64,000 bases of DNA from Candidatus Hydrogenedentota bacterium (GCA_003697085.1 RFFU01000074.1:17562-81561); one strand, 5' to 3'; counted from the first letter of the stretch, positions 41,795 through 52,354 are shown. Numbers and translations: made by a program. Notes: generated by a model not told the origin, from the sequence alone.

Positions 41795-44341
41795 ATGAAG
41801 ATTTTGCCGATTACCGTTCTACCCAACCTTCCGGACCGCCTCAAGCCGCTTCAAGAAATGGCGGAGAATATCTGGTTCTCGTGGCATCCGGAACTGCTCC
41901 TTCTCTTCCGCCAGATGAGCCAGGAACTCTGGCAGTTGACGGGGCACAATCCGGTCAAGATTCTCGCCGAATTGGATCAAGATCGGATCGAGGAATTGCT
42001 CTCGGACGAAGGTTTTCTCGACGGCATGGATTCCGTCTACAAGAAGTTCCAGCGATATATGAAGGAGCAGGCCTCCTACGATTTTCATCTCGAGGAGCCC
42101 GCTGATTACACGATCGCCTACTTTTCGACCGAATATGGTTTGACGGAGTGTCTGCCGATCTACTCCGGAGGTTTGGGAGTCCTCTCCGGCGACCATCTCA
42201 AGTCCGCCAGCGATATCCGCATTCCGCTTGTGGCCGTCGGGCTTCTCTACCAAGAAGGCTATTTCAAGCAACGGCTCAACTCTCAAGGGTGGCAGGAGGA
42301 ACAATATCCGGACAATGATTTCTACGTCCTCCCGTCATCACCGGTTCTCGATGCCAACGGTGAGCCGGAAACGATCGAGATTCTTGTTGGAGAACGATCG
42401 GTCAAGGTTCATATTTGGCGGGTCAAGGTCGGCCGCGTCGACCTTTATCTCCTCGACACGAACCTCGCGGAGAACCACCCGGACGACCGCAAGATCACGG
42501 GACAGCTCTACGGCGGAGACCGGGAGATGCGCCTGAAACAGGAGATCGTGCTGGGGATCGGCGGCGTGCGGGCTCTCCACCATCTCGATATTCATCCGGC
42601 CGTTTACCATATGAACGAGGGGCACAGCGCTTTCGCCACGCTCGAACGCGCCAATATCCTGATGAAGAAAGGCCTCTCCTTCACCGCAGCGAAGAATTAC
42701 ATCCGGGCGACAAGCGTTTTCACGACGCATACTCCGGTCCCGGCGGGCAACGACTACTTCGCGCCCGATCTGATGATTCGTTACTTTCGGAAGTACTGCG
42801 AGGAGATCGGGATCGACCTCGCGCAACTCCTTTCCTTGGGCCGAATCAATCCCGAGGACAAGAACGAGTACTTCTGTATGACAGTCTTTGCTTTGAGATT
42901 AAGTCTGTGGTGCAACGGCGTAAGCAAGATCCACGCTCGCGTCTCCAAGAATATGTGGAAGGGGATCTGGCCGGACGTACCTTTCGACGAGATCCCCATC
43001 AAGCCGCTCACGAACGGCGTGCATATCCCCTCCTGGATCTCTTACGAGATCGGCCTGCTTTACGATCGGTACCTCGGCCCGCGTTGGAGTGAGGATCCGG
43101 ACAATCAGAAGGTGTGGGAGAAATCGCTGACGATTCCGGACACGGAGTTATGGCGGACGCACGAGCGGCGGAGGGAACGGCTGGTCTCCTTCGCCCGGCG
43201 GCGATTGGCGTGGCAGCGGATGCGGCGCGGCGCGGCGCCCTCGGCCGTGGAAGAATCCCGAACGGTCCTTCATCCCGAAGCGCTCACGATCGGCTTCGCG
43301 CGCCGCTTTGCCACCTACAAACGGGCCATTCTCATCTTCCGCGATCCCGAGCGTCTGGCGCGGATTCTCAACGATCCCGAACGTCCCGTTCAAATCATCT
43401 TTGCGGGGAAGGCGCATCCCGCGGACGAACGAGGAAAGGAGTTCATCCAGCAGATCATTCGTTACAGCGAGGATCCTCGTTTCCGGAACCGCGTGGTCTT
43501 CCTCGAGGATTACGATATGAACGTCGCTCGGTATCTCGTCCAGGGAGCCGATGTCTGGCTCAACAATCCCCGGCGCCCCTTGGAGGCTTGCGGGACGAGC
43601 GGGATGAAGGCCGCGGCGAACGGCGCCATCAATCTCAGTGTCCTCGACGGTTGGTGGGCAGAAGGGTATTCCCCCGACAACGGTTGGGCCATCGGCCGAG
43701 GGGAGGAGTATCAGGACGAGGATTACGCCGACGAGGTGGAAGCGCGGGCCATCTACGATCTTCTCGAAAAGGAGGTTATTCCCACCTTCTACCAACTCAG
43801 CGAAGATGGATTACCACACGCCTGGATCGCCCGGATGAAGAATGGTCTCAAGAACGTCTGTCCCTTCTTCAACACCCACCGAATGGTTGAGGATTATATG
43901 GAGATGTTCTACAACCCGGCGGCGCTTCTGGGCAAGCGGCTCCGCCAGAACGATTATCAGGACCTCAATGCGATGACCGAGTGGCTCGATCGAGTCCGTT
44001 CCGTTTGGCCGAATGTCGTCGTGCGCGAAATCCACGTCTCGCCGGAGAAAGAGGTTTCAGTCTATTCCGAACTGACGGTGGAGGCGGTCGTGGACGCCGC
44101 CGGTCTCGCTCCGGCCGAGATCGATGTCCAGGCCTACTACGGTCGGCTCAATACCGCCGGGGAGTTCGAGGAGAGTTGGAAGGATTCGTTGGAATTTGTC
44201 GAGGAACGTGACGGGGCGCTGCTCTTTCGTGGAACGGTGAAGTGCCGGAGGACCGGTCGCGGAGGCGTCACGGTTCGCGTTCTTCCGAAACACGAACTGC
44301 TCCTCAACCCGCTCCATCTCAACCTCGTCCGCTGGGCGTAA
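41795..44341 (+). CDS. glgP: Alpha-glucan (glycogen/maltodextrin) phosphorylase, GT35, alpha-glucan-family ~850-aa form
   Basis: ...AYFSTEYGLTECLPIYSGGLGVLSGDHLKSASD... (GT35 N-terminal signature) and the PLP-site region ...ACGTSGMKAAANGAINLSVLDGWW... The ATG at 41795 with RBS AGGAGAGG is used; the track ORF begins at an upstream in-frame ATG. Confidence 0.88.
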   Translation: MKILPITVLPNLPDRLKPLQEMAENIWFSWHPELLLLFRQMSQELWQLTGHNPVKILAELDQDRIEELLSDEGFLDGMDSVYKKFQRYMKEQASYDFHLEEPADYTIAYFSTEYGLTECLPIYSGGLGVLSGDHLKSASDIRIPLVAVGLLYQEGYFKQRLNSQGWQEEQYPDNDFYVLPSSPVLDANGEPETIEILVGERSVKVHIWRVKVGRVDLYLLDTNLAENHPDDRKITGQLYGGDREMRLKQEIVLGIGGVRALHHLDIHPAVYHMNEGHSAFATLERANILMKKGLSFTAAKNYIRATSVFTTHTPVPAGNDYFAPDLMIRYFRKYCEEIGIDLAQLLSLGRINPEDKNEYFCMTVFALRLSLWCNGVSKIHARVSKNMWKGIWPDVPFDEIPIKPLTNGVHIPSWISYEIGLLYDRYLGPRWSEDPDNQKVWEKSLTIPDTELWRTHERRRERLVSFARRRLAWQRMRRGAAPSAVEESRTVLHPEALTIGFARRFATYKRAILIFRDPERLARILNDPERPVQIIFAGKAHPADERGKEFIQQIIRYSEDPRFRNRVVFLEDYDMNVARYLVQGADVWLNNPRRPLEACGTSGMKAAANGAINLSVLDGWWAEGYSPDNGWAIGRGEEYQDEDYADEVEARAIYDLLEKEVIPTFYQLSEDGLPHAWIARMKNGLKNVCPFFNTHRMVEDYMEMFYNPAALLGKRLRQNDYQDLNAMTEWLDRVRSVWPNVVVREIHVSPEKEVSVYSELTVEAVVDAAGLAPAEIDVQAYYGRLNTAGEFEESWKDSLEFVEERDGALLFRGTVKCRRTGRGGVTVRVLPKHELLLNPLHLNLVRWA

Positions 44342-44489
44342 ACCGCTCCTCGCTCGTTGAAGAGTACCACGGGAATTCGTGTGAGTCCGCCGGAGGTGCA
44401 AGAAACAGCAACTTGGTGATGGAAAATCCGGCGTCCCCGCCGTTTCCTCGGCCCCCCGGGTCCTCAAGTTCAGGAAAGAGTTTCCGGTC

Positions 44490-44795
44490 TTATTTCAGAA
44501 ATCCGCGGACTTTCTGCTCCACGATCTTCGCCTTGATGGACATTGCGCTCTCTTCCGGAAGCGCCTCGACGTGATAACTGTCTCCCAATTCCCGTACGGA
44601 GGTCACTTTCAAACCGGTCCGGATCTTCGGTGTCTGAATCACCAATTGAAAGCGGCTTCCCAGCGCGACGGGATCAAGCGTATAGATTTCCAAATACCCC
44701 TTTTCGCTCACGTGAACCAGCTTGCACGGGATCGAATCGGCATTTTCGTTCACGAGCACCCCGCTGATTTCGAGAGATTGCGTCATTTCACCCAT
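44490..44795 (-). CDS. Hypothetical small protein, possibly a degenerate PilZ-like beta-barrel
   Basis: 101 aa. ...LVHVSEKGYLEI... loosely resembles the D/NxSxxG PilZ motif, but no RxxxR motif is present. Weak call. Confidence 0.35.
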   Translation of the reverse strand: MGEMTQSLEISGVLVNENADSIPCKLVHVSEKGYLEIYTLDPVALGSRFQLVIQTPKIRTGLKVTSVRELGDSYHVEALPEESAMSIKAKIVEQKVRGFLK

Positions 44796-44817
44796 ATCAT
44801 ATTATATCTCGGCTGTT

Positions 44818-45342
44818 ATGAACAGAGACTTTACCGATGAAGACGTCCACTGGCTCGAAGAGGCCTTGAGACTCGCGGAAGAGGCGGCCGCGGCGGGAGA
44901 AGTCCCGGTGGGAGCCGTTGTCGTGGAGGACTCGGAAATGATTGGAAGCGCCCGGAACCGGATGATCGAGGGGAACGACCCGACGGCTCACGCCGAGGTG
45001 TTGGCTCTTCGTCAAGCGGCGCGCCGTCGCCGGAATTATCGGCTTCCCAACACGACCCTCTACACCACCCTCGAGCCGTGTCTTCTCTGCGCAGGAGCCA
45101 TCGTGCAGGCCCGCTGCCGCCGCGTCGTCTTCGGAGCCTTCGATCCGAAAGCCGGAGCGTGCGGCTCCGCGCTTTCGGTTCTGCCTCATCCGGCACTCAA
45201 TCACCGGCCGGAGGTCCGGGGAGGTCTTTTGGCCGATCGCTGCGGAATTCTCCTCTCCACGTTCTTCGCCCTTCGTAGAAATCCGAAAGGTTCGATAAGG
45301 GCACCGGCATCCGCCGCCTCCGACAGTGTCGTTCAGCGCTGA
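44818..45342 (+). CDS. tadA: tRNA-specific adenosine(34) deaminase
   Basis: VPVGAVVVED...HAEVLALRQAA (H-A-E zinc ligand plus catalytic Glu) and TLEPCLLCAGAI (PCxxC zinc ligands). Confidence 0.88.
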   Translation: MNRDFTDEDVHWLEEALRLAEEAAAAGEVPVGAVVVEDSEMIGSARNRMIEGNDPTAHAEVLALRQAARRRRNYRLPNTTLYTTLEPCLLCAGAIVQARCRRVVFGAFDPKAGACGSALSVLPHPALNHRPEVRGGLLADRCGILLSTFFALRRNPKGSIRAPASAASDSVVQR

Positions 45343-45351
45343 AGAAGAGCG

Positions 45352-46617
45352 ATGAAGACCGTTGCAATCGTCGGGAGGCCGAACGTGGGAAAATCCCGGC
45401 TCTTCAACCGGTTGATCGGCCGGCGATACGCGATCGTCGAGGGCACCCCGGGCATCACGAGAGATCGAATAGAAAAAGTAGGCGAGTGGAGGGGAAGAAG
45501 AATTCGGTGGATCGATACGGGCGGCATCGGTTCCGATGACGATCTTTCTTCCCTCGTCGCCTTTCAGGTTCGTGTGGCGATCGAAGCCGCCGATCTGATC
45601 ATCTTCGTCGTGGATGGAGCGGAGGGGCTTCTCCCGCTCGACGAGGAAATCGCCGATTCCCTTCGGGGGCGCAAGCCGGTGATCCTTGCCGTCAATAAAA
45701 TCGACCATCCGAAGCGGGAGTCGCTTGTTTCGGAATTCTTCTCTCTGGGATTCGAGGAGAGCTTCGCTGTTTCGGCGGAACACGGCCGCGGCGTCGGCGA
45801 TCTCCTCGACTCCGTCGTCGAACGGCTCGGTTCCGAGGAAGAGGGAGAGTCGGATGAGGAAGGCGGCGTTCGCGTCTCGATCGTCGGGAGGCCCAATGTT
45901 GGGAAATCAAGCCTGCTGAACGCCTTTCTTGAGACGGAACGCGTCATCGTTTCGGAGATTCCCGGTACAACCCGCGATACGGTTGAGGAAACGATCGATC
46001 TTCCTCAAGGACGAATCACGTTCGTGGATACCGCGGGAATACGGAGGAAGCGCCGGAAATACGACCTTCTCGAAAGTATAATGGTCTCCCGAACGCGCAA
46101 CGCCGTCAGTGCCAGTGACGCCGCGATCGTGGTCGCGGACGCCGTGGAGGGAATCACGGAACAAGACGTCAAAATCGTTCAGGCCGTCTTCGCACTCGGC
46201 CGTTGCGCCGTGCTCGCGCTGAATAAATGGGACGCCGTTTCGGAAAAAGATTTCGACGCAGTTTTGAAAGGCTTTCGCGCAAAATATCCGACCGATGCTC
46301 ACCTCCCCGTTATCAGTGTCTCCGCTCTCCGCCGCCTCCGCCTCCGCCGGCTCCTCTCGACGGTTCTCGATACGGTCGAACGGAGTCGATTTCGGTTTCG
46401 GACTTCGGAACTGAACAGGCTCCTCGGTCCGGTGGCCGCGCAAGCGCCGCGAAAGGTGAAACTCCGTTACGCGCTCCAGAAATCGATCTCACCGCCGACC
46501 TTCGTTCTCTTCGGAAGCGGGCGCCCGCCGCATTCCTACCTCCACTTCATCCGGAACACGATCCGCGACGCAGGAGGCTTCCAGGGTATTCCCCTGAATA
46601 TCGAGTTTCGGTCGTGA
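45352..46617 (+). CDS. der: Ribosome-associated GTPase EngA/Der (tandem GTPase domains plus KH-like C-terminus)
   Basis: First G domain GRPNVGKSRLFNRL...DTGG.... Second G domain GRPNVGKSSLLNAF...DTAG...NKWD. Confidence 0.9.
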   Translation: MKTVAIVGRPNVGKSRLFNRLIGRRYAIVEGTPGITRDRIEKVGEWRGRRIRWIDTGGIGSDDDLSSLVAFQVRVAIEAADLIIFVVDGAEGLLPLDEEIADSLRGRKPVILAVNKIDHPKRESLVSEFFSLGFEESFAVSAEHGRGVGDLLDSVVERLGSEEEGESDEEGGVRVSIVGRPNVGKSSLLNAFLETERVIVSEIPGTTRDTVEETIDLPQGRITFVDTAGIRRKRRKYDLLESIMVSRTRNAVSASDAAIVVADAVEGITEQDVKIVQAVFALGRCAVLALNKWDAVSEKDFDAVLKGFRAKYPTDAHLPVISVSALRRLRLRRLLSTVLDTVERSRFRFRTSELNRLLGPVAAQAPRKVKLRYALQKSISPPTFVLFGSGRPPHSYLHFIRNTIRDAGGFQGIPLNIEFRS

Positions 46618-47213
46618 GTTTCATTCTCTGGTTGGGAGCCGCCGTCATCGGATACTGCTGCGGGGCGATTCCCTTCTGCCTTCTGATCGGCTTGAAGCGG
46701 CACGGAATCGATATTCGTAAACACGGCTCGGGAAACGTTGGAGCCACGAATCTCTGGAGGACGTGCGGATTTCGGAGCGGTCTCCTGGGCTTTTTCTGCG
46801 ATATGGGCAAGGGCCTCCTTCCGACACTGCTCTTCAAGGCCGCTGGCGGGGAATTTCTCGGCTTGACGGCGGGGATCGCCGCCGTCGTGGGACATATCTT
46901 TCCCGTCTCGATCGGAGCCCGCGGAGGAAAGGGCGTCGCGACGATGGCCGGAGTCCTGCTCGTCCTCGCCCCGCACACTTTTCTCTATTCCTTCTTCGTC
47001 TTTCTTATCGTCGGTCCGCTTGCGACACGAACGATATCCGGAGGGAGCCTGGCGGCGGCGGCGCTTCTTCCCTTCGTCTCCTTCACGAATGACTCGACAC
47101 TCGTCGCTTCCGTCTGTACTCTCATCTCCCTCCTCGTAATCTATCGCCACCGCGAGAACATCCGCCGCCTTTACAACGGCACGGAACGAAAAATTTGGGA
47201 AGGGCGTAAATGA
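46614..47213 (+). CDS. plsY: Glycerol-3-phosphate acyltransferase PlsY (acyl-phosphate dependent)
   Basis: ...IDIRKHGSGNVGATNLWR... (the GSGNxGATN motif) in a 5-TM protein. The GTG at 46614 overlaps the der stop. Conserved der-plsY-gpsA synteny. Confidence 0.85.
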   Translation: MSFILWLGAAVIGYCCGAIPFCLLIGLKRHGIDIRKHGSGNVGATNLWRTCGFRSGLLGFFCDMGKGLLPTLLFKAAGGEFLGLTAGIAAVVGHIFPVSIGARGGKGVATMAGVLLVLAPHTFLYSFFVFLIVGPLATRTISGGSLAAAALLPFVSFTNDSTLVASVCTLISLLVIYRHRENIRRLYNGTERKIWEGRK

Positions 47214-47285
47214 CGAAATGAACCTTTACGAGAGATTATCGCGTTCACGGTGGTCGAGGTGCGCCGGATTGAACGGAAATTCGGG

Positions 47286-48290
47286 ATGAGGATCGCTGTT
47301 CTCGGAGCCGGGGGGTGGGGAACGGCTCTCGCCGTACTCTGGCACCGCCACGGGCGCGACGTTCTTCTCTGGACGCCCTTCGAGCAGGAGCGGCGGGCGA
47401 TTCGCGAAGCCGGTGAACATTCCCGCGTCCTCCCTGGAATCCGCGTGCCGGAGACACTTCCTATTACGACCGACATCGAGGAAGCCGTCGGCGGCGCACA
47501 GGTCGTGCTCCTCGTGACTCCTTCTCAGTTCATCGAGGAAACGGCGTGCAAGGCCGCGCCCTTCCTCGCTGAGGGGACCCCCGTCATCTCCGCCGCCAAA
47601 GGTCTCGAACGAACGGAGAATCCGGTGCCGCGAACCTTGACGGCGTTGATCGAGGAGGCCTTGCGAACTCACGGGGTCCTGTGCCCCGTTCTGGCGCTCT
47701 CCGGACCGAGCCATGCCGAGGAAGTGGGGCGGGGGCTTCCCACGACCATCGTTCTGGCGGGTGAGAATCCGGAACCGCTTCAAAAAGTCTTCAGCACCCC
47801 GACCTTCCGTGTCTATCGCTCCACCGATCGGCTCGGAGTGGAACTCGGCGGAGCCCTCAAGAACCCCATCGCCATCGCGGCGGGAATCGGAGCAGGGCTG
47901 GGAGGGGGTGATAACGCGCTCGGTGCGCTTGTCACGCGGGGAATGGTCGAGATCGCCCGTCTGGGAACCCGCGCCGGTGCCCGGCCGGAAACCTTCTGGG
48001 GTCTTTCAGGAATCGGTGATTTGGTCACGACATGCGCCAGCCCCCACTCCCGAAACCGGCGCGTCGGAATGGAACTGGCCAAAGGACGAGCCCTGGACGA
48101 CATCTTAAGAGAACTCGGAATGGTGGCGGAAGGCGTTCAGACAGCGCAGACCGTCGATTGCTGGGCCCGCCATCTCGGGATCGAAACGCCGATCACCTCC
48201 GCCGTGGCTCGCGTCCTCTTCCAAGGTTCGTCTCCGATGGAGGAACTTCAAAATCTTATGACCCGAGACCTGAAGGAGGAGCATTTCTGA
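47286..48290 (+). CDS. gpsA: NAD(P)H-dependent glycerol-3-phosphate dehydrogenase
   Basis: MRIAVLGAGGWGTALA (Rossmann GxGxxG) ...; C-terminal GpsA catalytic domain. Confidence 0.9.
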   Translation: MRIAVLGAGGWGTALAVLWHRHGRDVLLWTPFEQERRAIREAGEHSRVLPGIRVPETLPITTDIEEAVGGAQVVLLVTPSQFIEETACKAAPFLAEGTPVISAAKGLERTENPVPRTLTALIEEALRTHGVLCPVLALSGPSHAEEVGRGLPTTIVLAGENPEPLQKVFSTPTFRVYRSTDRLGVELGGALKNPIAIAAGIGAGLGGGDNALGALVTRGMVEIARLGTRAGARPETFWGLSGIGDLVTTCASPHSRNRRVGMELAKGRALDDILRELGMVAEGVQTAQTVDCWARHLGIETPITSAVARVLFQGSSPMEELQNLMTRDLKEEHF

Positions 48291-48616
48291 AGGGATCATC
48301 GCCGGATCCGCTCGCTGATTCCCGGCGCCCGAAGGAAGGCACGCCGGCTGGTGGAGCGGGTTGAGACGGCTTTACGGTTGACGCCGGGGTGGCGGATAGA
48401 AATCCTCACCCGATCGAAGCGAAATTCGGGGTGTGCTCTCACACCTCACCTCCCTCCTGTCCCTCCGGGAAATCGTTTCGCCACGCGGGAGTTTTTTTGT
48501 GCCGCGGGAGGAGCTTCTGAAGAGGAAGGATTAGGTTGACGACGGGGATTTTCGCAAAATACCACTTTCTCCCGTTAAATTCCTCACGGAGAACGCCGAT
48601 AAGGATAATACCAAGG

Positions 48617-50071
48617 ATGGTTATGGAAATGATGCAAACGGATTTGTCACAACTTCTTTCTTTCCGGGCCGACTCTCCCGGAAACGGCGTTTCCACCGCT
48701 GTTTCGGCTGCGCCGCCCGCTCCGCCCACCTCGCCTGATCTTTCCGGCATACGCGTTCCGGTTTCCGTTCTTTCCCCGACCGAACCGACTTTCGATCAGC
48801 AAGTTTCGGATACCGCTGCGGGAGCCGATTCGGGAAACGACAGAGTGGAGATTACGGGGGAAAAACCCGATTCCTCCCGGCAAGACCAACTTTTCGAGGA
48901 CGTGGCGCGGAAGACGAAAGACCTTCCAACACCGGAGCAAATCTCCTCGGCCAATATCGTCCGAATCGTCAGTGAGAACGCTCCTCACGTTCTCCAGACA
49001 CTCCGGGCCATTCTGGCGACACGACTCGGGCTCGAACCTCCTCAACCGGCAAGCGACACCGTCTCTGACGAAACAGGCGGTGATTCCTCGAACGAGGTTT
49101 TGCCATCCTTTCCCGCTCCGGAAGGAACGGTTGACGGTTCCACCGTAAAACCGCTCGAAGACGCCTTGACGGCCGCCGCCGGCTCACCGGACCCGAGCCG
49201 GCGCGTGGCGGCAGTTGTCGAGGGAGCGGCGAATTTACCGGAGAAGGTGCGCGATACCTTCTACAAGGCCGCAACGCATCTTCTGAAGAACGAAAGCGCA
49301 GTCGTGCGTCGGGATCTCGTTTCCGGCCAGACTTCCCCCGTTGCCGTCGATCCGTCCTCGGGGGTCTATTCCGCGGAGGGAACGGGGACCCGTGTCGGCG
49401 TCAAATTCGATCTCTTCTATTCCATCTCGTCACGCTACGCCGTTCAGGCCGGGAAAGATGCAAGCGGCTCCTTTTACGAAGCGACGGCGGCCGTGGAGGC
49501 GAAATTTGGCGCGTCCTTCTCTCTGGAGATCGGAGGACGCTTCCTCTCCCTCGCCGACGCCGCTTCCAAGGTCGATCCCACGGTGCTCGACGCTTTCTCG
49601 GAAGCGGTCTCGGGCCTGGCTGGACTCGACGAGAACGCCCTGGATCGCTTCTTCAAAGCGACCGAATCGCTCTTTTCCGCCGTCGAGGATTCCTTGGAGC
49701 TGGCCGACGGCAGCCTCGACGGTGTCGCCACCGAGGTGAAAGAGACGGCGAAATCCTTCTTCGCCGCCGTCTCCTCCGCGACGGCGGACACCTTTCCCGG
49801 GGTCGACGTAAGCCAAATCTTCTCGCTTCCCGAGGGACTGGATTCCAACGGCACGACCCCCTTGTTGGATATGTTGCTGGGGGCGTTGGAGCAGGGAGAC
49901 GTATCGCCGACGGAACGACTCCTTGCCGCGCTCACGGGTGCGGAGAACGGTCGCGCCGCCGCCGCGCAACCGCCTTCAACGGAGAATCTCCCGAACCTTC
50001 CGGTCGGAAGTGTGCCGGGCACCGCTCAAGGAGGAACGACGACTGCGGACACATCCGCGAAGGCGGTCTGA
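48617..50071 (+). CDS. Hypothetical acidic Ser/Ala/Thr/Pro-rich protein, no recognisable domain
   Basis: 484 aa beginning at the ATG at 48617 (MVMEMMQTDL...) with an upstream AAGGA-like RBS. Low-complexity acidic composition. Followed by a strong terminator. Confidence 0.5.
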   Translation: MVMEMMQTDLSQLLSFRADSPGNGVSTAVSAAPPAPPTSPDLSGIRVPVSVLSPTEPTFDQQVSDTAAGADSGNDRVEITGEKPDSSRQDQLFEDVARKTKDLPTPEQISSANIVRIVSENAPHVLQTLRAILATRLGLEPPQPASDTVSDETGGDSSNEVLPSFPAPEGTVDGSTVKPLEDALTAAAGSPDPSRRVAAVVEGAANLPEKVRDTFYKAATHLLKNESAVVRRDLVSGQTSPVAVDPSSGVYSAEGTGTRVGVKFDLFYSISSRYAVQAGKDASGSFYEATAAVEAKFGASFSLEIGGRFLSLADAASKVDPTVLDAFSEAVSGLAGLDENALDRFFKATESLFSAVEDSLELADGSLDGVATEVKETAKSFFAAVSSATADTFPGVDVSQIFSLPEGLDSNGTTPLLDMLLGALEQGDVSPTERLLAALTGAENGRAAAAQPPSTENLPNLPVGSVPGTAQGGTTTADTSAKAV

Positions 50072-50130
50072 AGACGGAACTTTTACGAATAGGGTGAACG
50101 GCCTTATTCATACGTTATAATATAATTCAA

Positions 50131-50168
50131 ATTGTCCCGCAACGACCTTGCGGGACATTTTTTTGGAT
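50131..50168. terminator. Bidirectional Rho-independent terminator between convergent genes
   Basis: gtcccgcaa-cgacc-ttgcgggac (9-bp stem) followed by attttttt on the + strand, with an A-rich run upstream that serves the minus-strand hisZ. Confidence 0.7.
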
Positions 50169-50217
50169 GGATAGAGGACGCCATTCCGTTTTCCGTTGTT
50201 TGCAATAGTGTGCTTGG

Positions 50218-51156
50218 TTATCCGCGCAAAATCGACTCCAATTGCACACTGAATCCGATGGCGGGAACGTCGGGACCGAAACGGCCGACAACATTATCGT
50301 AGCGGCCGCCGACGAGCACGGGGCGCCCGTGTCCCCGGGCCACTCCTTCAAAGACGATCCCCGTGTAATACGGCGTTACCGGCACCATCGCCGGGTCCAC
50401 GATCACTTCGATCCCTTCCCCCCGCAAAAATTCCGCCACGCCGAACAACCTCTCCACGGCGTCTCGAAATTCCGCATCGGAAGCAAGCGATTCCACCGCG
50501 GACCGCGACGGAGAAAAACCGAACTCAAGGAGTCGCACCAGTCGTTCGCCTCCTTCGAAAGCCCCGAGTGCCGTGCGATCCCGCCGCCGAATACTTTGGA
50601 GTATCGTCTCTCGTTCCGTCTCATCTCCGGCGGAAAGAAGCGCCGGGACAAGCGTGGAGTCTCCCAGGGCGATCCGAACATCCTTCAATCCCAGATCCCG
50701 CAAAGACTCGACCGCCAAACGCACCGTGGCGCGATCTTCTTCGGAAACATCGCCCCCATAAACCTCGTACCCGACCTGGCGGAATTCCCGGGTCCGGCCC
50801 GTATTCCGCAAGACTTGCCGAAAGACTTCGCCGGCATAAAAGACACGCACGGGAAGGTCTCGATCCGTCATTGCAGCGGCGAAAATCCGCGCCGCCGGAA
50901 TCGTCAATTCGGGCCGCAGGGCCAGCGTCTTTCCGTCCGTGTCGGAAAAAAGAAAGAGATCGTCCCAACCGGCATTGGCTTCCTCGAAGACGGAAGCGTA
51001 CTCGAGACACGGAAGCGAAATTTCTTCGGCTCCCCACGCGAGAAACCTCCGCCGCAAAATCTGCTCGCTCTCCCGCAAACGCCGGCAATCTTCGCCGAGC
51101 CACACCGACGTTCCCCAAGGGTACGGCGGAACAGCCCGTTCCTTCTTTTTCTTCAT
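50218..51156 (-). CDS. hisZ: ATP phosphoribosyltransferase regulatory subunit HisZ (HisRS paralog lacking the anticodon-binding domain)
   Basis: Class II aaRS-like catalytic core (...LPCLEYASVFEE...LALRPELTIPAARIFAA...RVFYAGEVFR...FRQVGYEVYGG). 312 aa is too short for HisS. Confidence 0.65.
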   Translation of the reverse strand: MKKKKERAVPPYPWGTSVWLGEDCRRLRESEQILRRRFLAWGAEEISLPCLEYASVFEEANAGWDDLFLFSDTDGKTLALRPELTIPAARIFAAAMTDRDLPVRVFYAGEVFRQVLRNTGRTREFRQVGYEVYGGDVSEEDRATVRLAVESLRDLGLKDVRIALGDSTLVPALLSAGDETERETILQSIRRRDRTALGAFEGGERLVRLLEFGFSPSRSAVESLASDAEFRDAVERLFGVAEFLRGEGIEVIVDPAMVPVTPYYTGIVFEGVARGHGRPVLVGGRYDNVVGRFGPDVPAIGFSVQLESILRG

Positions 51157-51302
51157 CTCTTCACACTCCCTCTTTCCTTCCCTCCGTTTCCTCTCGAAAA
51201 CGTTCTCTCCTCGTTACCCATTCCGCTCCGGATAATCTTCCTCGCACCTTTCCTCGAGACGACACGCCATCGATCGCCCGAGGAAACGGGTCGAGGGACG
51301 AT

Positions 51303-52238
51303 TCAGACGAGCCGATTCCGAAACGTTCCCGAACGGGCGTATTCGACGATAATCGCGGCCGCCTCGGTCGAAACGCTTGCTTGTGCTTCATCCGTGGAGG
51401 CTCCGATGTGAGGCGTTGCGATCACCTTCGGATGACTCGCGATCGAATTCTCTCCCGGCGGTTCCGTTTCATACACATCGAAAGCCGCTCCGGCGACCCG
51501 ACCGTCGTCGAGCGCTTCCCGCAGGGCCTGTTCATCCACGACTCCTCCCCGCGCGCAGTTGATGATCCTCACACCCTTCTTCACCTTCTTCAATGTCTCC
51601 GTGCCGACCATATGCCGAGTCTCTTCCGTCAGGGGAACGTGGAGAGAAAGGTAATCCGCCTCCCGAAAAACCCGATCCAGATCGCATCGTTCGATTCCGG
51701 CGATATCTTCCGTCACGAGCGGATCGTAACCGATGACGGTCATACCGAAAGCACGGGCATATTCCGCAACCGTACGGCCGATCCTTCCAAGGCCGATCAG
51801 GCCCAAGGTCTTGTCCTTCAACTGCGTTCCCTGAAGCGACTTCTTCTCCCAGCGGCCGGCCTTCATCGTGCGGTCCGCCTCGGGAAGACGCCGAGCCAGT
51901 CCCAGCATCATTCCTAAAACCAGTTCCGCCACGGCGCTCGTGGACCCGCCTGGCGTGTTCATTACCGCGATGCCTCGCTCCTTCGCCGCCGTCAAGTCGA
52001 CGTTATCCACCCCGACCCCCGCGCGAACGATCGCTTTCAACGAGACCGCCTTCTCGAGAATCGAAGCCGGAAGTTTCGTCGCTGATCGGATGATGATCGC
52101 TTCGTACCCCCCGATCCGTTCCGACAGCTCCTCCGGACTCAAGCCGACCGCGACATCGAGTTCCACCTCTTCCGCCGCCCGCAAAATCTCCAATCCCGCT
52201 TCCGACAACTTGTCCGATACCAAAACCTTCACCGCCAT
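51303..52238 (-). CDS. serA: D-3-phosphoglycerate dehydrogenase-like 2-hydroxyacid dehydrogenase (short form, no ACT domain)
   Basis: MAVKVLVSDKLSEAGLEIL... then NAD-binding GLIGLGRIGRTVA and catalytic ...CARGGVVDEQAL...; D-isomer-specific 2-hydroxyacid dehydrogenase family. Confidence 0.7.
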   Translation of the reverse strand: MAVKVLVSDKLSEAGLEILRAAEEVELDVAVGLSPEELSERIGGYEAIIIRSATKLPASILEKAVSLKAIVRAGVGVDNVDLTAAKERGIAVMNTPGGSTSAVAELVLGMMLGLARRLPEADRTMKAGRWEKKSLQGTQLKDKTLGLIGLGRIGRTVAEYARAFGMTVIGYDPLVTEDIAGIERCDLDRVFREADYLSLHVPLTEETRHMVGTETLKKVKKGVRIINCARGGVVDEQALREALDDGRVAGAAFDVYETEPPGENSIASHPKVIATPHIGASTDEAQASVSTEAAAIIVEYARSGTFRNRLV

Positions 52239-52354
52239 CGATCCGCCTCCTTAATCTTCTGTTCCTTTCAGGAGGAGCGACGATCGGCGTTTTCGCGAAT
52301 CGAAGGTCTCCGCCTCGCGAAGCCCCCCGCTCCTCCGTCCGCAATGCCCGTTTC

